Below, piece by piece: positions 1-11,470 of a DNA stretch of 64,000 nucleotides. The stretch comes from Marsupella aquatica (Eukaryota; Plantae; Marchantiophyta). The notes under the pieces were generated by a model. It was not told the DNA's origin, searched no databases, and saw nothing but the letters and a program-made list of their open reading frames with translations. How positions within the stretch are numbered: the stretch's first letter is position 1; every line of letters starts with the position of its first letter. The DNA lies in NCBI GenBank assembly GCA_973895155.1, contig OZ316895.1, forward strand, positions 4,529,181 through 4,593,180. The letters run 5' to 3'. A program made the translations under genes and the position numbers.

Positions 1-337
1 GAGTGTTTTAAACCCCACTTATTAGCTTCTGGGAAAATGAAGTATGGGTGGGAGCAAAACCATGCCATTGGATTCTCTAGAGTGGGATCCTCTAGTATAG
101 TAATTTAGATTATTTTTAACTTCAGACAGTTTCTATTTTTCAATTTTACCCCTCTTCCTAAGCTAATGACTACCCATGGCATATGCTTGCCCGTTACATG
201 CTGAGTTCATGTACAAAAGCCCCTGGTTCAACCTCCGCAAGATCCTTGTAGAGGCCCAATGTGATACGCATGTGAGTCCCTTGCTGAACATGTGGGCAAG
301 CCTTGCTCTTTTGCCAATGCATGCCACTGTGTCACAT

Positions 338-455
338 TGCCAAAGAACAAAAGGATCATATCAAACTGCCAAAGAACAAAAGGATCTTGCAACTCGATAT
401 CAAACTGACAAAGAACAAAATCATGCAACTATATATTAAACTGCCAAGAACAAAA
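338..455. repeat. Short degenerate tandem repeat (~20-40 bp units, core AAACTGCCAAAGAACAAAA)
   Basis: Core motif recurs four times between about 338 and 455. Confidence 0.8.
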
Positions 456-730
456 CAGCCACTTGAGAGTATACCAAAGAGATTCACTTGAGAGTGTGCC
501 AAAAAGGAAAACTCCACCACTCCTAATAGTGGGTGAAACCCAATATTTCATCATTATATTTTCTTGTGAAAATAATCAAAATAATGACACTCAAATAAAT
601 CTGTAGCTCCAAACAAGCATGTCCAAGTTTCCAATAATATTGAGAAAATTCGGTCCTGATAAGGAAATCCCATAATCAATTTAAAAAGGAATGTGGATGA
701 GCTAAATGTCCTCGAGTTAAATTCCTCGGA

Positions 731-990
731 ATGTGAATCGAAGTGCTGATCGGCTCACCTTGTTCGGTTGGCTTAAACAGACACATTGGGAGACTTGAAA
801 GGTGTGAAGTATATTCAATTTCAACTGACTGAAGCTGATGATTGATAAATAGGGAAACGCATGTGAATCGAAGTGCTGATCGGCTCACCTTGTTCGGTTG
901 GCTTAAACAGACACATTTGAAGACTTGAAAAGTGTGAAGTATATTCAATTTCAACTGACTGAAGCTGATGATTGATAAATAGGGAAACGC
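731..990. repeat. Near-perfect 130-bp tandem duplication downstream of the CtpA stop
   Basis: ATGTGAATCGAAGTGCTGATCGG...AAATAGGGAAACGC at 731-860 and 861-990, with only a few mismatches. Confidence 0.9.
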
Positions 991-1238
991 CATGCATCTT
1001 TGAATCATCAGAGGCCCTCTCTTGCTAGAAACATCGACCCCACTACCTGGGGGCTCTTGAGATACACAGAGCATCTCAGAGATGAAGCTGTTGATTGCAA
1101 CAACTTACCACTTTCAAAGCTTCCCAATGTCGCCGTTTTGCAAAACAGATCACAAGTGACAGTAGGAAACCAAATGAAACTTGCTATGCTACATGTACGA
1201 ATTCAGTACCGAGACAATATTTACATTTCTGCATGAGT

Positions 1239-4200
1239 TCAATAGGATCCTGATGCCCACATCCGTCTCTCAGATAATGGCAACCAACGGTAAGGCAAGG
1301 TTGCTGGTGGAGGTGAGTCGAGTCTCTCCTTCTGTAGGGAAGATAACATCGCTACCGCTTTCTCGATGCACTTGTCTGATTGCCCTTTCTCATGAGGGTA
1401 ATCGTGGCATGCCGTATCTGGCATCAACCCACCTCTGTTGATACATACCCATTTCAAGTTAGTCACCACAACTTACCACTCTCGAAAAACAGGTGAAATT
1501 CTGCTTCAGCGAAACACAACCTTGACTAGTGAAAGTAAGAATTTAACTGAAAGACAATACAAGCGTCGACGCGGTAGCTTCACAGATACCATTGAACAGC
1601 ATAAGAACAAAGTAAGACGAGACACGCAGTGGAAGTGATATTTTAATGCAAAGCAGGGGCAATTTCCGAGAGTTCATACGAGAAAAACATACTTCTTGGA
1701 GATATCATAACGGGAAGGTGTCAAGTACTTTGCGACGGTCAGCTTCAAACCACTCCCATCGTCCATTGGGAAAAAGTACTGTTTAGTGTCAAAAAACACA
1801 AAGATTCATTTTGTCACAGGAGTGAAAAAGGTAGCCTAATTCAATGCTACACTTTCTAGCAAACATACTTGTTGCTGAGAGAAACAGGAGTGCAAACTAT
1901 TTTGGCATCTCAAATGTTCAAAAACGTCTCTTGGCTGGATTGGCTGACCTGCACTACACCCTTGCCGAAGGTCTTCTCCCCAACTGTAATCGCCCTCTTG
2001 TTATCATGCAGAGCTCCCGTGAGAACCTACATACCAGAGAAAGGGGCCACCGTGAAAAGACCGCTCAAGCATGTGTTTAGTATCTGACAGCAGATATCAT
2101 TTGTAACGTACGAATTTACTGCGACTGTAACGAGTAGAAACGAGAAACCAGATCTCGCTCATGGGTTGCTACCATGAATTCATCTAATACTTTTTTCTCA
2201 TTCATCTACTTTTGTCATGATCAGAACAAACTTTCATATAATTCTTCAGGAAGTTGAAAACTTCAGAGCACTACCAACGAAATCAAATCCTAAGGAAATC
2301 CTATACCAAAAGCTAAGAAGGCGAGCACCACACAAAACCATTCTCCACTGCTCGACTGAAATCTAACAGCGAACAAGGCAGACAATGATCAATTGCAAGT
2401 GACATGAACTTACTTCACTGGCACTTGCGCTGCTGCGGTTTGTGATAATTGCTAGAGGTGCATGCGTCAGTGTACCGGGATGCCTTCGAAATATCTCCTC
2501 CTGTAATTTACAAACAGGAAACCGCCACGATGTGCGGCCATATAGTCTGTGTCATTGATATGGTCCTTTGAGTGAAGGGAGAAATAGCACAGGATCATTT
2601 GCAATATTGGGTGACACCGTGGCTATCAGAGATCGCACTGCTTAAATTACAGGGAGCGTACGAAAGGAAAGCTTGTCACAACCCAAAAGGGATGATAATT
2701 CAAGTCTGGCAGAACCCTACAGGGAGATTGTTGACAGAGTAGACAAGGTCTTCCAGGTCAATGTCACTGGTCCGGATAGTCTCTGTTACGTCACAACCTT
2801 CACAATCCAGCCACAATGCCTGATAATCATAACAACACACTGGAATACTTCAGTGAAGTGATTCAGACAAGCATTGAGATCAATTTCTGCCCCTTCATCA
2901 AAACATGGTACACAGGCAGCATCTTGTTTCTTTCCACCGATAAGGAAATTGTGGTAGTCAGATTGGCATACTCACCGCCATCGCAATGGCTTCTTCAAAT
3001 ACTCCACCAGGATTATTTCTCAAGTCCAAAACTGCAAGAGAGACAGAATATCAGATATATCAACGACCAAAAGATATCTTCATATCAAAATTCCTAGTAT
3101 AGAAGGAGGTCTGCTGTTCGAGGAAAAGTTTTACAAAAAATGAGGAAGAAGCGACATCAACCGGCAAGCATAATAAATTTTTGGTTACATTAAATGGGGT
3201 TGCAACGCGAATATCTGGATGGCATCTGCTTTGTTTCGTTGGCTTCTAACGGCTTTTGTTATCTACCGCTGCTGGGGGACAGGAGCTTCAATTGTCGCTT
3301 TCAGCGTGCCATACATAAGGTTGATAGAACTCACTGTAACCGTCTACACCAAGAGCTTCTCCTTCTCTTATTGCAGCAGCCATCTTCTTCGTTCCCTCGT
3401 GTGTAAAATAGTGAAGCCGCAGGTAGGCAAGGACTCGCCCATCTCCTGTATCCACCAGTTTCATCCGCAAAGGGGGTAATGGCAATGCACGTCTCTCGAG
3501 GAGAACTGTCCTGGTTGGACTCCCGGGCTGACTACTTGCCAGTTCCAATTCAACCTGCAGTTTGGGGGAATGATTCAATGAGCATTGTTATCCCTGGCAA
3601 GTCGAGCTAACCTCCGCTCACAAATCATTATTATCATCATTCTTATTTCATTCTTATTTTCATTCTTATTTTCATATCCTGTAATTCATCATTGAGACTT
3701 CACACCCTCATGTTTCACACCATGCCCCAAGAAAAAAGAAAAAAGAAGCTTGACCTCACCATAGCCAGATTGCTAAACAACATCCGTAGTACTTATTGCC
3801 ATTACTACGAGATTCACTTCCTCCACTCCAGAAACGAAATCGAGAACCAAAAAGAGGCTATACACACTGATGGGAAAATCAGCAGCATTGTAGAGGAATA
3901 CCATCGATCCGATTGGGCCTCGAAGCAGCGCCACAGCTTCATCCACAGGAACAAGGTCCATAGGTGTGTCATTCACACGCAGAAGTCGATCTCCAGATAA
4001 GATGCCAGCCTGCAGCCATGGCCAAAGCCTGTTTCACATCTCCTACAAATGATATCATAAGGTCTCACATACAATGACGGAAACCGCATGTCATAAATGA
4101 CGGCTCAGGATCAACAAATGACTCCAGGATCTCATTCAGGAAAAGACAGCTACCTCTTCCGCAGGAGAACCCGCAAACGGAGCAATCACTGTTAGACCGC

Positions 4201-6809
4201 CTCTTGAGTCACCCTTCCCCAGCTGCAAAACCCACTTTTGCGTTAGAATTGCTGTCACGGACTTACATTCAACGCAGAACGTTCTCCAAGACCTCCAATC
4301 CATTGGAAATTCCCCTTCATACACTGCAGCAAGTAATGAAACTTTCATTCTCTACAATTTACGTCAAAGAAACAACAGAGAACAGATGCAATTCTAAGGT
4401 TATAATACTGGAGCTCTGAGAAGAAACACAGCATGCAAATGTGTCCTTTCCTGCTCACAGTCTATCACCACAAAAGCATGAAAATTTGAGAGCAACTATG
4501 GTTCTGTCATTAGTACCTCAATTCCTACTCCGGTATACTGGAAAGCCAGATACTTTATCTCAGACGGATTTGGACGGCGAATGGCAATCCGGTACTGGTC
4601 AGGACCAAGAAATGCACTATACGGGTCACCCAAACTGCCCACCATTTCCTTTACAACAGAATACCTACAACACAAAGGACCTGCTATATCAGAAGGTTAC
4701 ATCAAGGATCTGGTGCTCGGAATACATTAAGCAGCAACAAACATTAAAGACACAAAGTGCAGATAACCAAATGCGATTCAGATGCATCTGAGAGTTTTCC
4801 TGGGAGAAGAAGTTAGCTGACGTTTGTGCTCGTGAGCGAAGGAGTCCTCCAGCTTTTGATAAACTCTCGTACAATTTTCCGGACCATTTTGCTTGAGAGA
4901 AACTGTGAGGAGCCAAATGCCTACGTTAATTTCTCGGCCGCTGGCAGGGACGATACCTCTAAAACCCCTCAACGCTCGAGATTCTTTCCGACTTACTTGT
5001 CACGTCCCCCTCTAGTCATCCAATCAACCTCTAAGTCATCCAATCAATAATTTATGCATAATGATGAGCATGTATGCAGTACTCTCGCAAAAACCTACTT
5101 TCTCTCCACACCCAATTCTTACGATGCCCGCTTTCAAGACCAGATTAAAATCACGACTAACAGTAAAATAACATGATCAATGATGTCCAATTGAATCACA
5201 AATCTCAAGACATTCATAAAAGGAAGGACGTTTAAGTACCTGCCATATTGATCGTAGTACTCCTGCAATCAACATACAAACAGCAAATCAGATGCTCAGG
5301 GTGTCTAAGGTTTGCTTTAAGAACGCATAGCACTTATCATTGCGTCGATATGCAACCAGATAGAAAGTCAAAAAAAAAACCATCAGTCTTAATCGAAGCA
5401 GGGGCCATAAGTGAAAATTGTGGAGCCGAGGAAAGGATGCTTACATTTGAAACAGTTTGCCAAACCTGCTCCAGTAACCTGCAGAATAACAAACAAACTG
5501 AACAAGCTATTAGAACAAACGAAGGTTGAGTTTTTCCTAACGGAGAAAGAAAACCATGCCTTCAGGCCTTCGATAATTTAAAACCAAACAGCAATTTGAG
5601 GTAAGAGTTTACTGACGCCAACCAAATAATAAGACATGAAGGATTGAAGGCTGCAAGAAGCGTAAGAGAAATGAGTAAACATCGAAACGGAGCCTGGCTT
5701 AGCTCTGCTATAACTAGTTATATGACCTCAAACTTTTTCAGGCAACTTTTGGTCCATATTTCCTTGGAATTTTTTCCTTTTTATTTTTTTTTCCTTGGAA
5801 CTTTTGGTCCATATTTGAGAAGGACATGTGTACTAGCCACGAGAAAGAGTTCGGTAACGTCCCCAAGGGACCAAGTGTCTCAATTATGTGAACCGGAAGT
5901 CATGGCCAAGTGACACATCAGAATGTGATGAGAAGAATCCCACCTACGATTCCGAGTGCATTCAGGGCACAACTTTTCCTCGGCCTCCACCTGTTCTAAA
6001 AGTTCATTGTAACGCTTCAGCCGAATCATCCCCAACCAGGCATCCTTCGTGAACATAGAGCTCCTATCTGCCATATCATCACGACCCTGCACAAACTGCC
6101 CATAGTCCATTGCCATGCTTTCTCCAAACCCTTCGTGCACGTTCCCCCTCCTACCAATTGACAGTGGCCTTTCGTCTAAGTGATATGAGATTGAAGCCTT
6201 CCAAGACCGCAAGAGGGCACCTGGACGGATCTCTCGAGCTGGTGGTGAGTCTAAGAGATAGTGCATCTGATGCTTCTTGTAATCATTTTCGAATGCAATG
6301 GCCGGTTTGCCATCAAACTGAAAACGTCTCTGATGATTGTAGCCATGATTCTCGAATTGAGTACTCTTAGAGCTCTTTCCATCAACCACCAACATTGTTT
6401 CTTCCTTATGGCCTGACGAAGCACTGGCATATCCCAATTCTCCATTAGAAAGGACAAGAAGAGCGATTCCCAGGATTCCTGCTGCGCCATTGCCCAGTCG
6501 ATGCAAATGCACCCATAACGACTCTCCCTCCTCTCCATCATTTGAGGAGCTTCTCTCTGAATCTTTCAAAACGGTATCAGCTTTGCTTGTGTGCCGTGAG
6601 GCAACCCACAACCTAAAACCTTTGAATTTCGCAGACTGAATCGTCCGAGCTGAAAGTCCATACCTGCCAGGCCATCCGTTGGGAAGAAAATCCCGGTAGC
6701 CCAACGAGAACGAGCAGTCTCCTCCTATCGAGGCCCACATAGGAGGAGAACATTTACTGGCAGGGGAGAAGGGGACAAAAGGTCCTGGACAGTACGACAC
6801 AAATGACAT
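1239..6809 (-). CDS. Carboxyl-terminal processing protease (peptidase S41, CtpA family, PDZ domain), probably plastid-targeted; 14 coding exons, ~716 aa
   Basis: Hand-spliced GT-AG exons 5944-6809, 5445-5478, 5240-5262, 4822-4902, 4517-4664, 4154-4222, 3902-4009, 3335-3554, 2976-3031, 2721-2819, 2414-2500, 1949-2026, 1693-1778 and 1239-1434 give one frame. Motifs: LLEQVWQTV, SLGDPYS, YTGVGIE, PFAGSPAEEAGILSGD (PDZ), LDLRNNPGG, SASASEV (catalytic Ser), TFGKGVVQ (catalytic Lys), DGSGLKLTVAKYLTP. Confidence 0.93.
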
Positions 6810-8267
6810 CCGCTCGGTGATGAAGTTCCGTTAGTATACTCCCTGAAAGTGCAGCCTTCTGCGGGATGAATCCCACGAATCCATCACTCAATCTCTGCAC
6901 AGTCCACGAAGATCACAGCCGCTCTGTCCAGCCTCATTCTCCCTGGCCCGGTGGCCATGAAGGGGTAGTTATAAAAGCGAAATGGGCTCAATGGATTGTC
7001 CAGCCCTCTAGTTCCGGCAGAGGGATATTGTGAGATATCACTTGAAGGAAAGTCTAAGCTGATTTGCATTCGGTTTCAAGTGTCTGCAAAACAACCTGCA
7101 ATTGTTGACCTGCTTCCTCGCATAACTTTACGATAGCTGCTACCTCAAGGCTCCGGGAGCCAATTTGCAAGGGGAAACGATTCATGATTCAGGGATTACT
7201 CTGGACTAAAACTCAAGTCTTCCGCTGACTCCACTTCATATGAGCAGAATGATGTTTAAGTCAGGCCCTCCTTCCAAAACAGACATCACATAGGGGTGGG
7301 GCTGTTAACGCATGGGGTGACTGTCTCAACCGGCCATGAGAGAGCTCTGTAAGTAAAACAGAAAAAGAAAACGGCCAGGGTCTGAATTCCTGTTTCACTC
7401 CTAAGCCTGGGGGTCAATTATTCCAAATTTTCGTACTATCTTCTGCTCATAGACATGCTGAGACACTGTCGACGCACAAGCATCACCCTCGCCAGCTACT
7501 GTGCTAATTCCACCATCCTGTCTCACGGACCCATCACTTCTTCAGAGCAGAGAGGATTGATTGCGAAGAAAAACGTGCAAGCTGATGTCGCTAGCCACCA
7601 TTTCCCCGCAAAGTTTAAGATACAATCGCGCATGCCATAAAGATGAAAATGATGGAATGATTTCGCCACAGAGCTGATCACTTAACGGAAAAGAGGAACA
7701 ACAGGACAGAAGCTCACAAAAGCACAGCTTGAGAAGACAATCTTGTGAGTTCGAGAACCAAACTCAGAAGAAGCTCAGAGTTCGTGGTAGGAAGCCACCT
7801 TTGGAACAGAATGATTATCTGACCTGGGAATGAAGAGGTGAGGAGATTCTGTCACAGATGGATATACATGCAGTCAACTTCGGGATCTTCAAAGCTATGC
7901 TTGCTTTGAAAGGAGGCCATACAAATGAGAGGACTCAGATGCGTTCTGCAATAAATGATTAAGATATGAAGAATTAATATATTCCATCCATGAATCGGAC
8001 CCTTGTGGAATCTACTGTATCTATGTTTCTTCTAGAGTAATTCATAGTACTCCATATAGAACAGCTTCACTAGTGGTGGATAACCTGTGAGCTGTCTCGG
8101 AACAGTGGGCAATGCGGGGCTCTATTTGACTATAAAGTGTTCATTTCTTATTCTTGCAGGGTGGTGTGTTTGAATATGGGTGTTGTGCTTGAGTATTCTA
8201 TGCTTTGGAACATTGACATTTGTCATATAATTCATGAATCTTGCACTTTTTGTGTAGAATAGTTTAG

Positions 8268-8415
8268 AGTCAAAACTCAAACACTGTTGTCCAACTCACA
8301 CACAACAACCAGGTGTTGTGTTAAATAGAGGTTGTGTTAAGTTCAAATATCTTTTTTGTCAGAGGACCCAAAATTCCATTTTCAAACATGATGCCATGGC
8401 ACTGTGTTAGGGGGG
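8268..8415. repeat. Dispersed repeat or MITE fragment, with a second copy at ~19228-19345
   Basis: Both sites share AAACTCAAACAC...CCAG(G/T)TGTTGTGTT.AAATAG...CCATTTTCAAACA..ATGC.ATGGC.CT.TGTTAG.GGG. Confidence 0.6.
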
Positions 8416-9311
8416 AGACGGCAAAATGCTTATGCTTCTATACTCTACTGTAGAGATTCATGCTTGACAACAAGATCAAGGATTAGTATTTCATAGATAT
8501 TCACCTGTGTGATACTTTTTTCCTTTTTCCATTTTTAAACACAATGCAAAGCATATAGTCAAAACTTGAATACAAGGCCTTGGGTGCACTATTCAAATAG
8601 AGCACCTCAAGGCCCACTAGTCAAACCTGTTTGGGGGAAGAAGTGGTTCAAGTACAATAAAGTACAAGCAAAGGGATTGATATTTTACCAAAGCCCAGTT
8701 TAAAAACGTTAGGGAAAGGGTTCAGGGTTGAGAAGTAAAAATCAGTGTTTGTTTTTGTTCTAGTCAATATTTTCTAAAGGACATGGGGTAAAGGGCACCC
8801 ACCATTATGTTAAATTTGGGGTTTGCAAGCCTAGAACAAGATACCCAGGAAATTAAATACACTTTCTTAGGGCTACATAACATAGAGAGGATTTTCACAT
8901 CTTGCAGAAAATCATGGCAGAACATCCAAACCTGCTCCGCTTGTCCATAGAATTGTGCTGCGACAGGCTTCCTGAAGCAGTGTGCGCTCATCTGACTATA
9001 AAAGCGCAAACTAAAGCCTACTCTGAAGGGCCTAGATCAAAGTGAAATCTCTAGACCATAACTCCCAATACAGAGGACTAAACTTAATAAAAACAAACCT
9101 TAAAAATGAGGATGAAAAAGATTGATATAACTCTAAATAAAGAAAAACTGAAATCAAGGTGGACAAAAAACAAGGATGGGGCAAAGATCAACAATAATAG
9201 CATTAAAACAAAATGTGTGCAAGATTTGTCCTTCATATACATACTAGGAAGGGGTAATTGTGCTAGTTAAAGGTATTGTTCTAGTTAAAGAATGAAAAAC
9301 AAGCCGAGAAA

Positions 9312-9414
9312 GTCATGGTTGTGTGATAGTTCACCTGCCTAGAGAGTCATACATGTAGTGTTCATGGTTGTGTGATAATTCACCTGCCTTGAGAGTCATA
9401 CGTGTAGTGTTCAT
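9312..9414. repeat. ~49-bp tandem duplication
   Basis: TCATGGTTGTGTGATA.TTCACCTGCCT.GAGAGTCATAC.TGTAGTGT occurs twice. Confidence 0.85.
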
Positions 9415-9917
9415 AACATTTTCTATGGGGTTTCACAGATTTCTCCTTAAAAAATTGAAATTCATGATGGTCAAAATCCTGGCTGTCAGAGTTGGATGGT
9501 TAACAAATTTCTACCAGACCGATCTGAGATTGGTTTCTTAGGATTGGACATCGATGTTTGGAGACACCTTGGAGCGATCATCAGTTCGGTTTGAGTTAGG
9601 GCCAGAGACTAGAGCCCGAGAAAGTTGAGATCTGAGCCAAGGAAGAAACGCCATATCAGAAGCTGGTGGACCATTCCAGCAAGAGTCGAAAGAATTATTC
9701 TATCCACATAGAAAAGCAGGGTAACGTTTGCTCTCTTGGGTCTGTCAACTAAATTTGCTATTTCTGTAACAGAGAAGAGGGAATTTTTCCGACTTCGGTT
9801 ATAGTTTGTAAGTAGTAAGGACTCCGGGGTTTGTTCTGGGTTCTCTAGGAAATTGAAGCGGGGAATAGTTGTCACACATCAATGTTCATCCTTGTGTTAT
9901 GATTCGTTAACGACGAA

Positions 9918-10106
9918 GTGTGGATCACTTTCCACTTCAATTCGACCCAATGTAAGCTGTTTTATTTTTCACTTGTTTCCTGCCCTGACAGCGCTTGGAG
10001 ACATTGAGCACACTGTAAATGTGGATCCCTTTCCACTTTATATTCGATTCAACCCAATTCAAGCTGTTATTATGTTCCCCTTACTTCCTGCCCTGACAGC
10101 GCTTCG
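9918..10106. repeat. Diverged ~100-bp tandem duplication
   Basis: GTGGATC.CTTTCCACTT...CCCAAT..AAGCTGTT...TTCCTGCCCTGACAGCGCTT occurs twice. Confidence 0.75.
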
Positions 10107-11470
10107 AGTCATTTGGCAAAGTGGACCGCTACCATAACACGAACAGAGGAGCAGCACACTCGCTTGAGATAATCAAGGAGCTACGGTCTCCTACCGTCTC
10201 ACAAATGACAGTTAATCTGCGCAACACTATTTCCTGGGAAACAAGGTCAAAACAAGGATGTTTCACAAATGGAAGAGAACTTGGAATGATAAACCGCAGA
10301 TTCGGAGGAATCACATAACTAATATTGTACCGTTGGACGATGTCCTACTGGAGGCAAAGCAAATCAGATATTCTTGCAATTGAGAACTTTCTGAAAAATA
10401 AGCGACATCAGTGTTGAATTTGCAAACTTGACACTTGAATAAGATTTGTATAAATAGGTTGTACAATTCTACACGTCAAAATAATTGCCGCTCCGACAAC
10501 GAAAGACATCATTCTGATCCTGTCAAATCTTCCTAAAGTGGGTCCTTCTGCACTGATCACTTTGAAGGGCGAATCCTTTCACCCCTGTAGCAATGATCTA
10601 GCTTTGGACATGAAACGCCACCGAAAGGGTTCTCATCGAGCTATGAATGATTTCCCTGCAGTTCGGGAATAATGATGGAAGTGAGTGCACATCTGGATTT
10701 CCAATACCATGTGTTTCTTGGACAACAATCCAGGTTTGATGGCTAGAATAGCTGGCAGATGGACGCCATAGTTGTACATATCAGCATCCGCCCGAGGATG
10801 CTGTATCGTAGCCTTTTCACAAATGCTTCCATCCAGGATAAATATATTTTCCCAGTGTAGTTATATTCAATGCTACATTACCCACAATCTAAGAATTGGC
10901 ACATTGCGGATGTGGAAACCACCTGAACAAGTGACCTCAAGCATGACAATACTGATAGCACTGGCTGTTCCCTCTGATGTTTTCCAATCGAGTTTCAAAG
11001 TTGATTCTACGTGAACATAACGTAATTCCTAAAGCTCTCCTGATGCCAAATGCCCTAGCTGATTTCGAAGAAAGCCGAAGAGGATAGTTTCACGAGGATC
11101 AAATTTCATATCCTGATTTGGTAAGAAGTTTCACTGGACTAAAACCTTGGGTGTGTTAGAGACCTGATATATCACCTTAGAACGAGTCTCATCAGCTAAC
11201 ATCTATTTTTCGAGTGAAAGGAGTCAATCAACTGAAGAGACTTCCATTGGTCCAACTAAGATTCTATCTATACTTGAGCTCCTTCTCTCCTAGCCAAGGA
11301 AGCTCATAATGGTGGCCACATTTCACCGTGTCCCCCAGAATAGTCAAGCTATCAGAACCCGACTGCAGTTTCAACAGACCAAATGAGATGGGACCTTAGC
11401 AAACAGGATTTACAGTTTACCTGCTCAACTAAACCAGCTGGCTTGTCCTGGACGACAGTATCAAGCTCCA

